Source of the DNA: a virus
Taxonomy: Duplodnaviria; Caudoviricetes
DNA: 39,683 bases
Virus record (IMG/VR): IMGVR_UViG_3300012940_000050
Coordinates: 1-39,683 of that record
Direction: 5' to 3' (one strand)
The translations under genes and the position numbers were made by a program. The stretch's first letter is position 1, and every line of letters begins with the position of its first letter. Shown piece after piece: positions 16,580 through 24,823 of the stretch. Under the pieces are notes generated by a model, which had not been told where the DNA came from, did not search any database, and was given only the letters and a program-made list of their open reading frames with translations.

Positions 16580-17521
16580 TCACGCAGCCGGGGTGATGAC
16601 GCCAGCCGGGTAGCGGGTCGCCTCAGTCGGGTTCAGCCGGGTCAGCGGGTTCGCAACCTGGAAACCGACACGGAACACGACACGGAGCACCTTGCCGTCC
16701 TGCTGGGCGGAGTTGTACACGACCGCACCGTCAGCGTCACTGATGACCATCTGGTCGAACAGCTTGAACGTCATGTCCTGCCGGATCCCGACAACAAACT
16801 TTGACCAGTCAGCGGCAAGCAGCTCGGCCTGAGTCGAGTCCCAAGCACCGTTGGTGACCTCGTTCAGCGGATACCCGTACAGGCTGGACGGCTGGCCGGC
16901 GGTGACGTTCGGGGCGTACACGAGGCCACCGTTCGCGTCACGGGAACCGATGAGCTTCCAGTTCAGGCCGGGAGCGGAGGCGAACCCGTTCACAGCGAAG
17001 CCGTCCTCAGCGACCAGCCCGGCAACCTGTGCGGCAGCAAGGGCAACGTCGGTGTCGGTGGCGGACAGCGCAACATCGTTGCCAGCGGCGATCGCGGCAG
17101 GAACGATAGCGGTCGGCCACGATGCGGGCTTGTTCACACCGAACAGGACAGCCTGATCCACAGCCTTGCCGATCGCCTCCACCAGCAGAGGCTTGATCTC
17201 ACCGAACAGGTCGATGCTGGAGTCATCCACGACCGCATCGGGGATCGGAACCAGCACAGCCAGCTCTTCGGCGGTCATGGTGACGCCATCCCACGAAGCC
17301 TTCGTGGTCTGCTTCAGATCCGAATCGCCACTGGCGTTGATCCAGTACGCGTCCGGGAGGGAAGCCAGGACAGGCTGGGTCTGCTGCTTGGTCGACATGC
17401 GAACCTTGCGGGCCCGCTCCAGGATGACGGACTGCTTCGGCACTTCCTGGATGATCTCGTTCACGGTCGCGACAGGAATGACAGTGTCGGCCCGCTCGAT
17501 ACGGTTTGCGAATCCGGCCAT
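16580..17521 (-). CDS. Major capsid protein (HK97 fold)
   Basis: ELAVLVPIP...DQAVLFG...LYGYP...ADWS...GIRQD motifs; strong AGGAGG RBS. Confidence 0.95.
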   Translation of the reverse strand: MAGFANRIERADTVIPVATVNEIIQEVPKQSVILERARKVRMSTKQQTQPVLASLPDAYWINASGDSDLKQTTKASWDGVTMTAEELAVLVPIPDAVVDDSSIDLFGEIKPLLVEAIGKAVDQAVLFGVNKPASWPTAIVPAAIAAGNDVALSATDTDVALAAAQVAGLVAEDGFAVNGFASAPGLNWKLIGSRDANGGLVYAPNVTAGQPSSLYGYPLNEVTNGAWDSTQAELLAADWSKFVVGIRQDMTFKLFDQMVISDADGAVVYNSAQQDGKVLRVVFRVGFQVANPLTRLNPTEATRYPAGVITPAA

Positions 17522-17578
17522 AGCGGATTCCTCCTATTGAGTTGTTGTTTAGTTGTGTCCCGGAATGGCCGGGGGAGA

Positions 17579-18115
17579 TTACTGGCTACGGATCCACTCG
17601 TTGAATCCGAGTGCAGGCGTAGCCTGTTGTCCGCGTTGTGCCGCATCCCTTGCGCCTGCCGGGGTTCCCGTCTTGAAACGCGGGTTTGCCTCAACAAACT
17701 GGGTGATGTGGGCTGCGAGATCCTGCACACCGTCAAGGCTGGACAGGAACGTCTGAGAGTCGAGGAGCGCGTTCGCGTCGACACCGGCCGGGGTGGCTTG
17801 GTAGACGTTCAGCTTCTGCTCTGCCAGTGTGGCGGCAGCCTTGTACTGTTCGGCAGCCTTCGCCGGATCCTCGACGGTTTCGCCCAATCCGAGCGCCTGG
17901 GTGATCGCGGCAAGCTTCTGCTCGATCGCGGCCTTTTCGGCAAGGTTTGTCTTGGACCGGTCTTCCCACTTCCGCGCTTCAGCCTTCCAGTCAGGTCCGT
18001 CGTGCGACGGGTCCTGCTGGCCCGTGGCGGGCTCGGCAGCATCGGTAGTGGCCTGACCCTCAACCGCATCGTTTGCGGTGCCCTGGGCGGCATCTGTGGA
18101 CTCGGTAGCGGACAT
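17579..18115 (-). CDS. Scaffolding protein
   Basis: Start reassigned to ATG 18115 (GGGAG RBS); DWKAEARKWEDRSK and ALLDSQTF motifs; upstream of capsid gene. Confidence 0.88.
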   Translation of the reverse strand: MSATESTDAAQGTANDAVEGQATTDAAEPATGQQDPSHDGPDWKAEARKWEDRSKTNLAEKAAIEQKLAAITQALGLGETVEDPAKAAEQYKAAATLAEQKLNVYQATPAGVDANALLDSQTFLSSLDGVQDLAAHITQFVEANPRFKTGTPAGARDAAQRGQQATPALGFNEWIRSQ

Positions 18116-18122
18116 TGATACT

Positions 18123-18153
18123 CCCGTGCGGGTAGATGGGGTGCCGTGCGGCA
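18123..18153 (-). promoter_or_regulatory. Twin GCAC-loop mini-hairpins over the scaffold RBS
   Basis: TGCC-GCAC-GGCA and CCC-GCAC-GGG; the second contains part of the SD. Confidence 0.5.
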
Positions 18154-18169
18154 TGGTGTAATCGAACAC

Positions 18170-18361
18170 ATGTGTGACCATGTGTGGGAGCCTGCCCGTA
18201 TGGAACGGGCCGGCCCAGGAATCGGGATCTGGTGGGCGTGCACCAGGTGCGAAGCTGAGGCCTACGAGCCGTCAGCAGGTGACCGGGGCGGGGTCGATGG
18301 GGCCATCGAGTCGCGCCAACCAGACGTTGACCGGCGATGTGACCAGTCCGACGGGGGATAG
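18170..18361 (+). CDS. Putative antisense leaderless zinc-ribbon-like small protein with an SOS-box-like site on its start
   Basis: MCDHVW...CTRC; TGTAAT-N7-ATG; TCGAAC-ACAT-GTGTGA at 18162-18177; partly fills a 146-bp gap. Confidence 0.45.
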   Translation: MCDHVWEPARMERAGPGIGIWWACTRCEAEAYEPSAGDRGGVDGAIESRQPDVDRRCDQSDGG

Positions 18362-19275
18362 TCGCCCGCCTTCCACTGGTCGTAGCCGCGGTTGGTCAAG
18401 ATCTTCCGCTGCACATCTTCGGGTTGACGGTTCAGCCAGTCCTCAGCGGACGGCACATCAGAGGCAGGCTCATCCAACTCTGGGAAGCCAAGCTCAGCCC
18501 ACGACTTGGTTACCGGGACACGGGCGCAGCGGCCCTGCTGATGATCGAGCGGGCCCGGCTCATCCACCGGATGTCGTGAGCCATGCTGTGCAAGGCAGGA
18601 TCGGCATGTGCGGGGGGACAGATCTGCGATCCATTCCCACGAATCAAGCACATCGCTGTTGGCCTGATTGTTCGCATGACCAGCTGACCTGTATGCGTCC
18701 AACTGTTCGGTGCGGGCAATGGTGAGTGCACGGTTCCGGCCGCCGTTGAACAACTCCTGCGACCGGGCCACCATGTTGCGGGCCGCCGTGCGAGGGTTGT
18801 CCCCGACAGCAATCGTGCGGACCAGTTCACGCCGCAACGCATCCTGCGCATCCTGTGCGAGATCGTAATGCCGGGCGGTGATGGCCTGGGTGGACCGTTT
18901 GACGATCGCATCCAACTGCCGCGGATCCGTTGTCAGCACTCGCACCCGTGCGGGCAACTGTGCAGCGGTCAGATCCTCAGCATGCTCACTGCCGAGCCGG
19001 ACAATCCGCAGCAGATCGGATGTGGCGACCACACCGGACTGTGCGATCAACTGGCCCAACTGTTGCGATGCGCGCCGTAGCGACCTTTCGGCCTGGCGGA
19101 GGGTGATCCGGTCATGCACCGCCTGTGACTCTGCGACACGCGCAATCTCGACTGCGATCTCATCCCACGCCCTGGCCCACGCAACCAGCAAGGCTCGTGC
19201 CTGCCGGTCCGTGACCTCTGCGAGGAGTCCGCGTTGCATCGCAACCATGGCAAGGACACGCCTGTCGATCGCCAT
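18262..19275 (-). CDS. MuF-like minor head protein
   Basis: RALTIARTE...WEW...RTCRSCLAQHG...HQQGRC. Confidence 0.9.
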   Translation of the reverse strand: MAIDRRVLAMVAMQRGLLAEVTDRQARALLVAWARAWDEIAVEIARVAESQAVHDRITLRQAERSLRRASQQLGQLIAQSGVVATSDLLRIVRLGSEHAEDLTAAQLPARVRVLTTDPRQLDAIVKRSTQAITARHYDLAQDAQDALRRELVRTIAVGDNPRTAARNMVARSQELFNGGRNRALTIARTEQLDAYRSAGHANNQANSDVLDSWEWIADLSPRTCRSCLAQHGSRHPVDEPGPLDHQQGRCARVPVTKSWAELGFPELDEPASDVPSAEDWLNRQPEDVQRKILTNRGYDQWKAGDYPPSDWSHRRSTSGWRDSMAPSTPPRSPADGS

Positions 19276-20630
19276 CAGACTCCTAGGACGTTACCTTCAG
19301 CGAACACGCGGGCGGCAGCAGTCGTCCGAGCGGCCTGCTCCTCAAGGGCGGCAGCCGCCAAGTCTTCAGGGTTGTCATAGCCAAGATCGGTGAAGATCTG
19401 CACCAACGGCAGGCCCAAGTCCTTCTTCACTACTGCGTTCGCGAGCCGGGTCTCTTCGGGCTCCGGCATCGGATCAGCCCATTTGACATTGACCTCAAAC
19501 CCGAGCAGTTCACCAACACCCCGCCAGACGGGGCCGGATTCACGCTGCAACGCGAGCACACCACTAGTGAGGCGGGACGCAAGCACACGGAGTGATTCGC
19601 CGGACGGCACATCACCAGATGATTGGGTGAAGTAGAACGCCGGCACACCACTGACGGTCGCAACGGACAGTTTCAGATCTGCAATCTCAGCGATCAACCT
19701 TGACAGGTCCGCAGGATCCAACTGGCCGAACGGTCCCTGCCCGTCATGGGTGAAGATCTTCTGCTTCGCCGGATCAAACTTGCTGTTCTGTCCGCCCATG
19801 GTGGGAAGTGCCTGGACAGCTTGTGCCCATTCCTGCGCGGCCATCGCCGGGTTCTGTGTGTTCGTCGGCCGAAAGTTCAGCAGATACCAGAACGGACGGC
19901 TGTAACCCTCTGACAGGACGATCAGATCCGCCAATGCTTTGTTGACCGCATCCTGTAGCGGGATCACATCATCCAGGGCGGATGTGCCGAAGCTGTCTGT
20001 GTCGTCAGCTTCACGACGGAACCAGCACACCGGGACGACACCGAAGTCATGGGAGACCCATTCGCCTTCGTCATCATCCATGGGGAACCATGCGGATGGT
20101 TGATCGGGAAGATCGTCCATGAGGGTTTGAAGCTTGGTGGCGGTTCTCCATCGTTCCGCGCCTTGATGGTCGATGACCATGGCGCGGCCGTACATGTCGT
20201 CGTCGATCCAGAGTCGGACGGCTAGTTCGAGGACGGCTGGGTCGTCGGGGTTGACGGTGGGTACGATTTCGTCTGCCCGCATGTAGCGGGGGGTGGGTTG
20301 GCCTTGAAGGTTGGGCCAGACGAGGACGTAGGCGTCGCCGCAGCGGACCATTTCACGGTTGACCATGCCGACGAGGCGGGAGAGTCCTTGTTCGACGGCT
20401 TCGTCTTGGTCGCCCCACGATTGGATTTCAAGCTTGTCGGTGTACGCGGACACGACGGGGGCGCACACGTTCAATCGGAGCCCTGCGAGCTGGTCGGCAA
20501 ACTTTTTGTCGAAGTCAGCGGAGGCGAAGCGGAGTTCCTGCCGGCCACGATGGTAGTCGCGGGCAGTGGTGTAGTACGGAAGACGCTGCTTCCGCTTCGC
20601 TACGGCCGAGACGACCTGCTCTACTGTCAT
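19275..20630 (-). CDS. Portal protein (SPP1 gp6-like)
   Basis: 451 aa after TerL; HDFGVVPV, GTSAL..VIPLQDAVN and PSGESLR motifs. Confidence 0.93.
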   Translation of the reverse strand: MTVEQVVSAVAKRKQRLPYYTTARDYHRGRQELRFASADFDKKFADQLAGLRLNVCAPVVSAYTDKLEIQSWGDQDEAVEQGLSRLVGMVNREMVRCGDAYVLVWPNLQGQPTPRYMRADEIVPTVNPDDPAVLELAVRLWIDDDMYGRAMVIDHQGAERWRTATKLQTLMDDLPDQPSAWFPMDDDEGEWVSHDFGVVPVCWFRREADDTDSFGTSALDDVIPLQDAVNKALADLIVLSEGYSRPFWYLLNFRPTNTQNPAMAAQEWAQAVQALPTMGGQNSKFDPAKQKIFTHDGQGPFGQLDPADLSRLIAEIADLKLSVATVSGVPAFYFTQSSGDVPSGESLRVLASRLTSGVLALQRESGPVWRGVGELLGFEVNVKWADPMPEPEETRLANAVVKKDLGLPLVQIFTDLGYDNPEDLAAAALEEQAARTTAAARVFAEGNVLGV

Positions 20631-20650
20631 GCCGTCTCCTATGAAGTTGT

Positions 20651-22045
20651 CTATCCGATATCCCAGAAGCCTGTCCCGTAGGTCTGCTTCTCGGGGGTGA
20701 TCATCAGTTTGGTGAGCGCCTGCGTGAGTGCGTCTACCTGGTCATCGTGGGCACCGTTGGGGAACGCGGCAGCTTCCTCGATGAGGTCACCGACCCATTC
20801 CGCTGTCAGCGGCAGGTGCACGTTCCCAGCTTCCACTAGCGGTTGGATTGCGGCGGCGCGTGCTTCTTTGCCGCCCTCGGGTTGGACGGGGACGAGGCCG
20901 GGGATCTGAGCCTTCAACGCATCGATGACCGCGGGCCCGTTCGCCTTGTCTTCGACATACTTTGCGATCGCTTGCGGCCACCGGGCAGACAGGGTCCGGA
21001 TCTGCTGGCATGTCTCACTGAATGACCAGCGGCCGCGTACCTGGTCAAGCAGGTAGCAGTCTGCACCGATCTTGGCCCACACTTGGCCAACCACAAAGTC
21101 GCTGGTTTTCGCGCCTTTGAATGCGAGGTCCCACGACTGTACAACGGTCGCATAGGTCAGATCGGGAATGGTGGTCCAGCGTTGCCACTGGTCACGGCGG
21201 AGCATGTCACCATCAGCAGGTGACGGACGCCCCTGATACAGGGATGCCCATGCTTGGGAGCCGGAGCGGATCTTGATCGCATCCCACTGCTCATCGGTAC
21301 GGCCACGAGCGGACACCATGTATTCGCCGGGCGTGCGGCCGAGTGGATCCTCATCCGTCTCGGCTTCAGCAGGTATGTTCACTACCCGCCACAGATGCCC
21401 GTCTTCAGCCTTCAACAGGCGGCCGGCGAGGTCGTCTTCATGCCATCGGGTCATGATGAGGATCGCGGGCGCACCGGGCGCGAGGCGGGTTGCACCTACC
21501 TCTACCCACCAGTCCCAGACACGGTCACGGAACGTTTGGCTGTTCGCCTGTAGGCGATCCTTGATCGGGTCATCCATGATCAACAGATCGACTGGTCGGC
21601 CAGTCAGGGCGGCACCGATGCCGACCGAGTAGACGCCGCCCTCATGGCCTTCGAGCTGCCATTCATGTTGCGCGGCGAGGTCATCCCGGACGGTGATACC
21701 GAGATCGTTGGTGGTGATGTCGTCACGGATTGCACGGCCCCAACGGCGGGCGACACCATGCTCATAGGAGGCGATCGCTATACGCGTGTCAGGGTTCCGC
21801 AGGAGCGCCCACAGGGGGAAGCGGCGGGAGCATCGTTGGCTCTTGCCTTCCTGGGGCGGCATGGACACGATGAGCCGGGCATCGGGGGTTGTGGCGGCGC
21901 GGACTAGTTCAGCGTCGATCAGGTCGAGCGCGGGGGTTTGGACGGTGCGGGGGTCCAGGTGTTTGGCGAGATCGCCTGGTGTCGCCCACTGTTGGGTGGG
22001 TTGGAGAAGGTCGAGCATGGCAGACCAGATGTCCGTCATGCTCAA
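20651..22045 (-). CDS. terL: Terminase large subunit
   Basis: MPPQEGKS (Walker A), LLIMDDP (Walker B), TRWHEDDL, SWD, VEDKANG, HDDQVDA. Confidence 0.97.
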   Translation of the reverse strand: MSMTDIWSAMLDLLQPTQQWATPGDLAKHLDPRTVQTPALDLIDAELVRAATTPDARLIVSMPPQEGKSQRCSRRFPLWALLRNPDTRIAIASYEHGVARRWGRAIRDDITTNDLGITVRDDLAAQHEWQLEGHEGGVYSVGIGAALTGRPVDLLIMDDPIKDRLQANSQTFRDRVWDWWVEVGATRLAPGAPAILIMTRWHEDDLAGRLLKAEDGHLWRVVNIPAEAETDEDPLGRTPGEYMVSARGRTDEQWDAIKIRSGSQAWASLYQGRPSPADGDMLRRDQWQRWTTIPDLTYATVVQSWDLAFKGAKTSDFVVGQVWAKIGADCYLLDQVRGRWSFSETCQQIRTLSARWPQAIAKYVEDKANGPAVIDALKAQIPGLVPVQPEGGKEARAAAIQPLVEAGNVHLPLTAEWVGDLIEEAAAFPNGAHDDQVDALTQALTKLMITPEKQTYGTGFWDIG

Positions 22046-22132
22046 CCCCCCATTTGTGTTTTCGTGCCGCCCGTGACTCTCGCGACCAATCCTTTAGATT
22101 CGCGTCGTCGCCGGTTGCGCGGGCAACACTCG

Positions 22133-22207
22133 TACCTTGGGGTGGACTCGAACCACCACGCCACGGGATTTGAAGCCGTGAGGTATACCAGTTCCCTTCA
22201 CCAAGGC
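22133..22207 (-). tRNA. Atypical tRNA, best read as Leu(CAA) without a long variable arm; CCA not encoded
   Basis: Acceptor GCCTTGG/CCAAGGT plus A73; D loop GAACTGGTATA; anticodon arm CACGG-CTTCAAATC-CCGTG; T arm GGTGG-TTCGAGT-CCACC. Confidence 0.75.
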
Positions 22208-22238
22208 TCGGCCCGACAGGTTCGCCATCACGAACCAG

Positions 22239-22427
22239 TCAGTCAATCACCGGCAGGCCAGCAATGAACCGTTCAACATCCGACCGGTACGCCACCGGCC
22301 CATGCTCCGGGCACAACATCATCGTCTGGCCAGTCATCCATTCGCCAAACTCTTCGAACCGCCAACCGAACAACTCGACCAGCGCAGCCCGGGAGTATCC
22401 ATACTCGCAGTCAGGCTCGATCATCAT
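22239..22427 (-). CDS. Hypothetical protein
   Basis: Overlaps the upstream ORF; WMTGQT...YRSDVERF. Confidence 0.7.
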   Translation of the reverse strand: MMIEPDCEYGYSRAALVELFGWRFEEFGEWMTGQTMMLCPEHGPVAYRSDVERFIAGLPVID

Positions 22428-22605
22428 CCCCCCAAGGCTCCAGCCGGAACCCCAACGGCTCCGGCGACTCGGGGGTCACAACCTGCATCGGCTGCGGAAC
22501 CTCGGACAAAATCGGGCCCTGGTCAAGACCTTCGTCCTCATCCATGGTTTGACCGGCCGACACTTCCAGATATCGGCCGAACGCTTCAAGGCGTAGGAAC
22601 ATCAC
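22411..22605 (-). CDS. Hypothetical acidic protein
   Basis: GTGA overlap with the exonuclease; ends with a PLGF motif. Confidence 0.6.
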   Translation of the reverse strand: MMFLRLEAFGRYLEVSAGQTMDEDEGLDQGPILSEVPQPMQVVTPESPEPLGFRLEPWGDDDRA

Positions 22606-23402
22606 CCCACCCCCCTCGTCACGGATGCCCGACTATGCGCCGTCGTACGACACAACCCGCGACAGTTCAGGCACCGCCACTGCGTGTAACGGATCACCAC
22701 CGCCTGATGTACACCATCACGTTGCAGCTCCGTAGAACCGCAGCGCGGGCAGCGCGGCTCATCATCCGCAGCAAACCCCACATGGGGCGGGTTTTTCAAC
22801 CATGGCAGCAGCGCAATGTACAGATCCTCAGTGGCCCGAACATCGCCGCCACAGTAGACCCGGACATCCTTGTATGCCTGCTCGTCGCCGGCGAGAGCGT
22901 CCCGGATCCGGCCTGCACCACCGTTGTCGACCTTCCGCCTGTCCGTCGCGGCTGTCATGCGGCAGGCGTAGTCCAAGCTGGCCGACTCGAACCCGAGTTG
23001 GCGAACAGTCTTGATCAGGTCGATGCTCTTCGGCATGCGGAACGGCGGCAGGCCAGCACGGACCATGTAGCCGCGGACACGTTTGAAATCGAACCCGTCA
23101 CCGTTGTAGGTGACCGAGTACGCGGCCTCATCGAGGAGCCGCCACAGATCCTCAAGCATCGACGGTGACCGATGATCCCGGTACATCACCGTGTGCGGTT
23201 CATGCAACCACTTCGCACCCCAAGAGAACATGCCGCCAGGGCGCTTCACATTCTTGTGCGCAATGTACGGGTTGCGCATCTTCAGGTCGTACGTTTCGAA
23301 CTCGACCAGGGCGGGGATCGTCTCGATGTCCCACGTGAGGATCTTCGCGGAGTCCAGCACCGTCCGATCCAGCACACGGGCAGTCAGGTCAGCTAGATTC
23401 AT
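22602..23402 (-). CDS. DEDD/RNase H-like 3'-5' exonuclease with C-terminal zinc ribbon
   Basis: WDIET, YNGDGFD and YCGGDV Exo I-III motifs; CPRC...CLNC. Confidence 0.88.
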   Translation of the reverse strand: MNLADLTARVLDRTVLDSAKILTWDIETIPALVEFETYDLKMRNPYIAHKNVKRPGGMFSWGAKWLHEPHTVMYRDHRSPSMLEDLWRLLDEAAYSVTYNGDGFDFKRVRGYMVRAGLPPFRMPKSIDLIKTVRQLGFESASLDYACRMTAATDRRKVDNGGAGRIRDALAGDEQAYKDVRVYCGGDVRATEDLYIALLPWLKNPPHVGFAADDEPRCPRCGSTELQRDGVHQAVVIRYTQWRCLNCRGLCRTTAHSRASVTRGVG

Positions 23403-23632
23403 GACGCCACCATGTGGCGGGCTCTGCGATGCGCCGACACAGCCTTGTCGCTGATGTTGTACGGCAGACCCCGAACCTCGTCGGCGCGGGCAATGTCACT
23501 GTTCGACACGCCAGCCTCCAACGCGGCAGCCAACGCGTTCGCCCACGGTTCATGGTTGATCGCCCAGCACACCTTGCAGTCGTTACGTCCTGGCAGTCTT
23601 GTGCCAGTGGAAAGTTCAGTCAATGTAGCCAT
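23399..23632 (-). CDS. Small CxxC...HxxxH protein, first late gene
   Basis: Start ATG 23632 after GAAGGGG; CKVC...VSAHRRARH. Confidence 0.7.
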   Translation of the reverse strand: MATLTELSTGTRLPGRNDCKVCWAINHEPWANALAAALEAGVSNSDIARADEVRGLPYNISDKAVSAHRRARHMVAS

Positions 23633-23661
23633 CGGCACCCCTTCAATAGACGGCAGAGTGC

Positions 23662-23790
23662 CGGGGCCCGACCATCTCAAACATGGTCGGGCCCCGCGCT
23701 ATTCAATTGTCGGCGCTCAAACGATGGGAGGAGAGGGCATCGGAGCTGCCTGCAACAGGGCATAGCAATGCCCGCATGCAAAACAGTAAA
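23662..23790 (-). promoter_or_regulatory. Putative late promoter and leader with hairpins
   Basis: -10-like TACTGT (23788-23783); inverted repeat GGGCAT/ATGCCC; ACAATTGAATAG motif; 14-bp stem at 23662-23696. Confidence 0.5.
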
Positions 23791-23804
23791 CCCTCCGGCC
23801 TCCG

Positions 23805-24551
23805 TCAGGTAAAACCAACTGCTTGCCGTTCCCGATTCGCCATGGCCAGCACATCCACCACGGCCCACAGCTGGCGTCGACCATCCTTTCCGACAGGATC
23901 AATCCATCCTTTGTGCTTCCACGTCCGAATCGTCTCGGGTGGCACACCGAACCGGGTTTCAATCTGCTGCGCGGTCAACGGCTCCATGTCCTGCGCCCAC
24001 TCCTGCCACCACGTTTCATGCCCGTTGTTGCAGATGAGTAGCCGCCCGTCGGAGCCGATGTCGGCCTCTTCTCCACAGTCGGGGCACAGATAGGTGGGCC
24101 CATCTGGGATGTGTGCAGCTTGTGAGAGGGCATGGTGCGCCTGCCGGATCTCGTGGGCGATGTCCTCTGACATGCCGGGTTGTTGTAGCCACCACCGGGC
24201 CGAGTCCGCCAGGTAGTCACACACTGATTGCAGCGTGCCGCCTGGGGATGGCTCGAATGCCCCGATCTCCTCCCACACCATGCGGGCGCACATGGACAGC
24301 CTGCCCAGGATGTGCGAGTCGGCCTCGCCCTTCCCGAGCGTGACGCCGCGTGGCTCATCCTCACGTAGCAGATCATGCACGTGCAGGTTGATCGGCGGCT
24401 TGCTCGTGCCGGCCGGATGGTGTCCAGCTTTCAGCCCGTCGTGTCGTTGGCCGCGTTGGGTGCTGGTTGCTTGGGCTCGTCCGCGTGGCGTGTTGCGGTA
24501 CTCCCATGCTTCGGCGGCAAGGATGGGGATCTCTTCGAGTAGTCGTCTCAA
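23805..24551 (-). CDS. Zinc-finger plus C-terminal HTH protein, candidate late-gene regulator
   Basis: Start reassigned to TTG 24551 (GAAGGAG RBS, TTGA overlap); CPDC...CNNGH; VPPETIRTWKHKGWI HTH; last gene before the late leader. Confidence 0.7.
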   Translation of the reverse strand: MRRLLEEIPILAAEAWEYRNTPRGRAQATSTQRGQRHDGLKAGHHPAGTSKPPINLHVHDLLREDEPRGVTLGKGEADSHILGRLSMCARMVWEEIGAFEPSPGGTLQSVCDYLADSARWWLQQPGMSEDIAHEIRQAHHALSQAAHIPDGPTYLCPDCGEEADIGSDGRLLICNNGHETWWQEWAQDMEPLTAQQIETRFGVPPETIRTWKHKGWIDPVGKDGRRQLWAVVDVLAMANRERQAVGFT

Positions 24552-24823
24552 CGAAGCTCCTTCGCTGCACGGCGGCAACGCCACCAGTAGTGGGACAGGA
24601 AGCGGACGGGCTTCCAGATCGCGACGCCCTCGCACCACCTGCGCGCTACCCACCACGTCCAGCACTCCGGACAGCGCCAGCAGGTGCCGACGGGTCGGTT
24701 CAGCCCATCCCACGGCGTGGTCTTTTTCCATGCGACCTCGCAAAGATGGTCCCCGTGTCCTATCGGTGCAACCTCCAACGGCTTCTCGTCACGATCCCGT
24801 GTCGGCCACTCAGTCCGTGGCAT
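24548..24823 (-). CDS. Hypothetical protein (Cys/Trp-rich)
   Basis: Coupled ORF containing WRCPEC. Confidence 0.6.
   Translation of the reverse strand: MPRTEWPTRDRDEKPLEVAPIGHGDHLCEVAWKKTTPWDGLNRPVGTCWRCPECWTWWVARRWCEGVAIWKPVRFLSHYWWRCRRAAKELR

Noticed and set aside
22133-22207. Selenocysteine tRNA
   Set aside because: Lacks the long variable arm, extended acceptor stem and G73 of tRNA-Sec, and no sel genes are present
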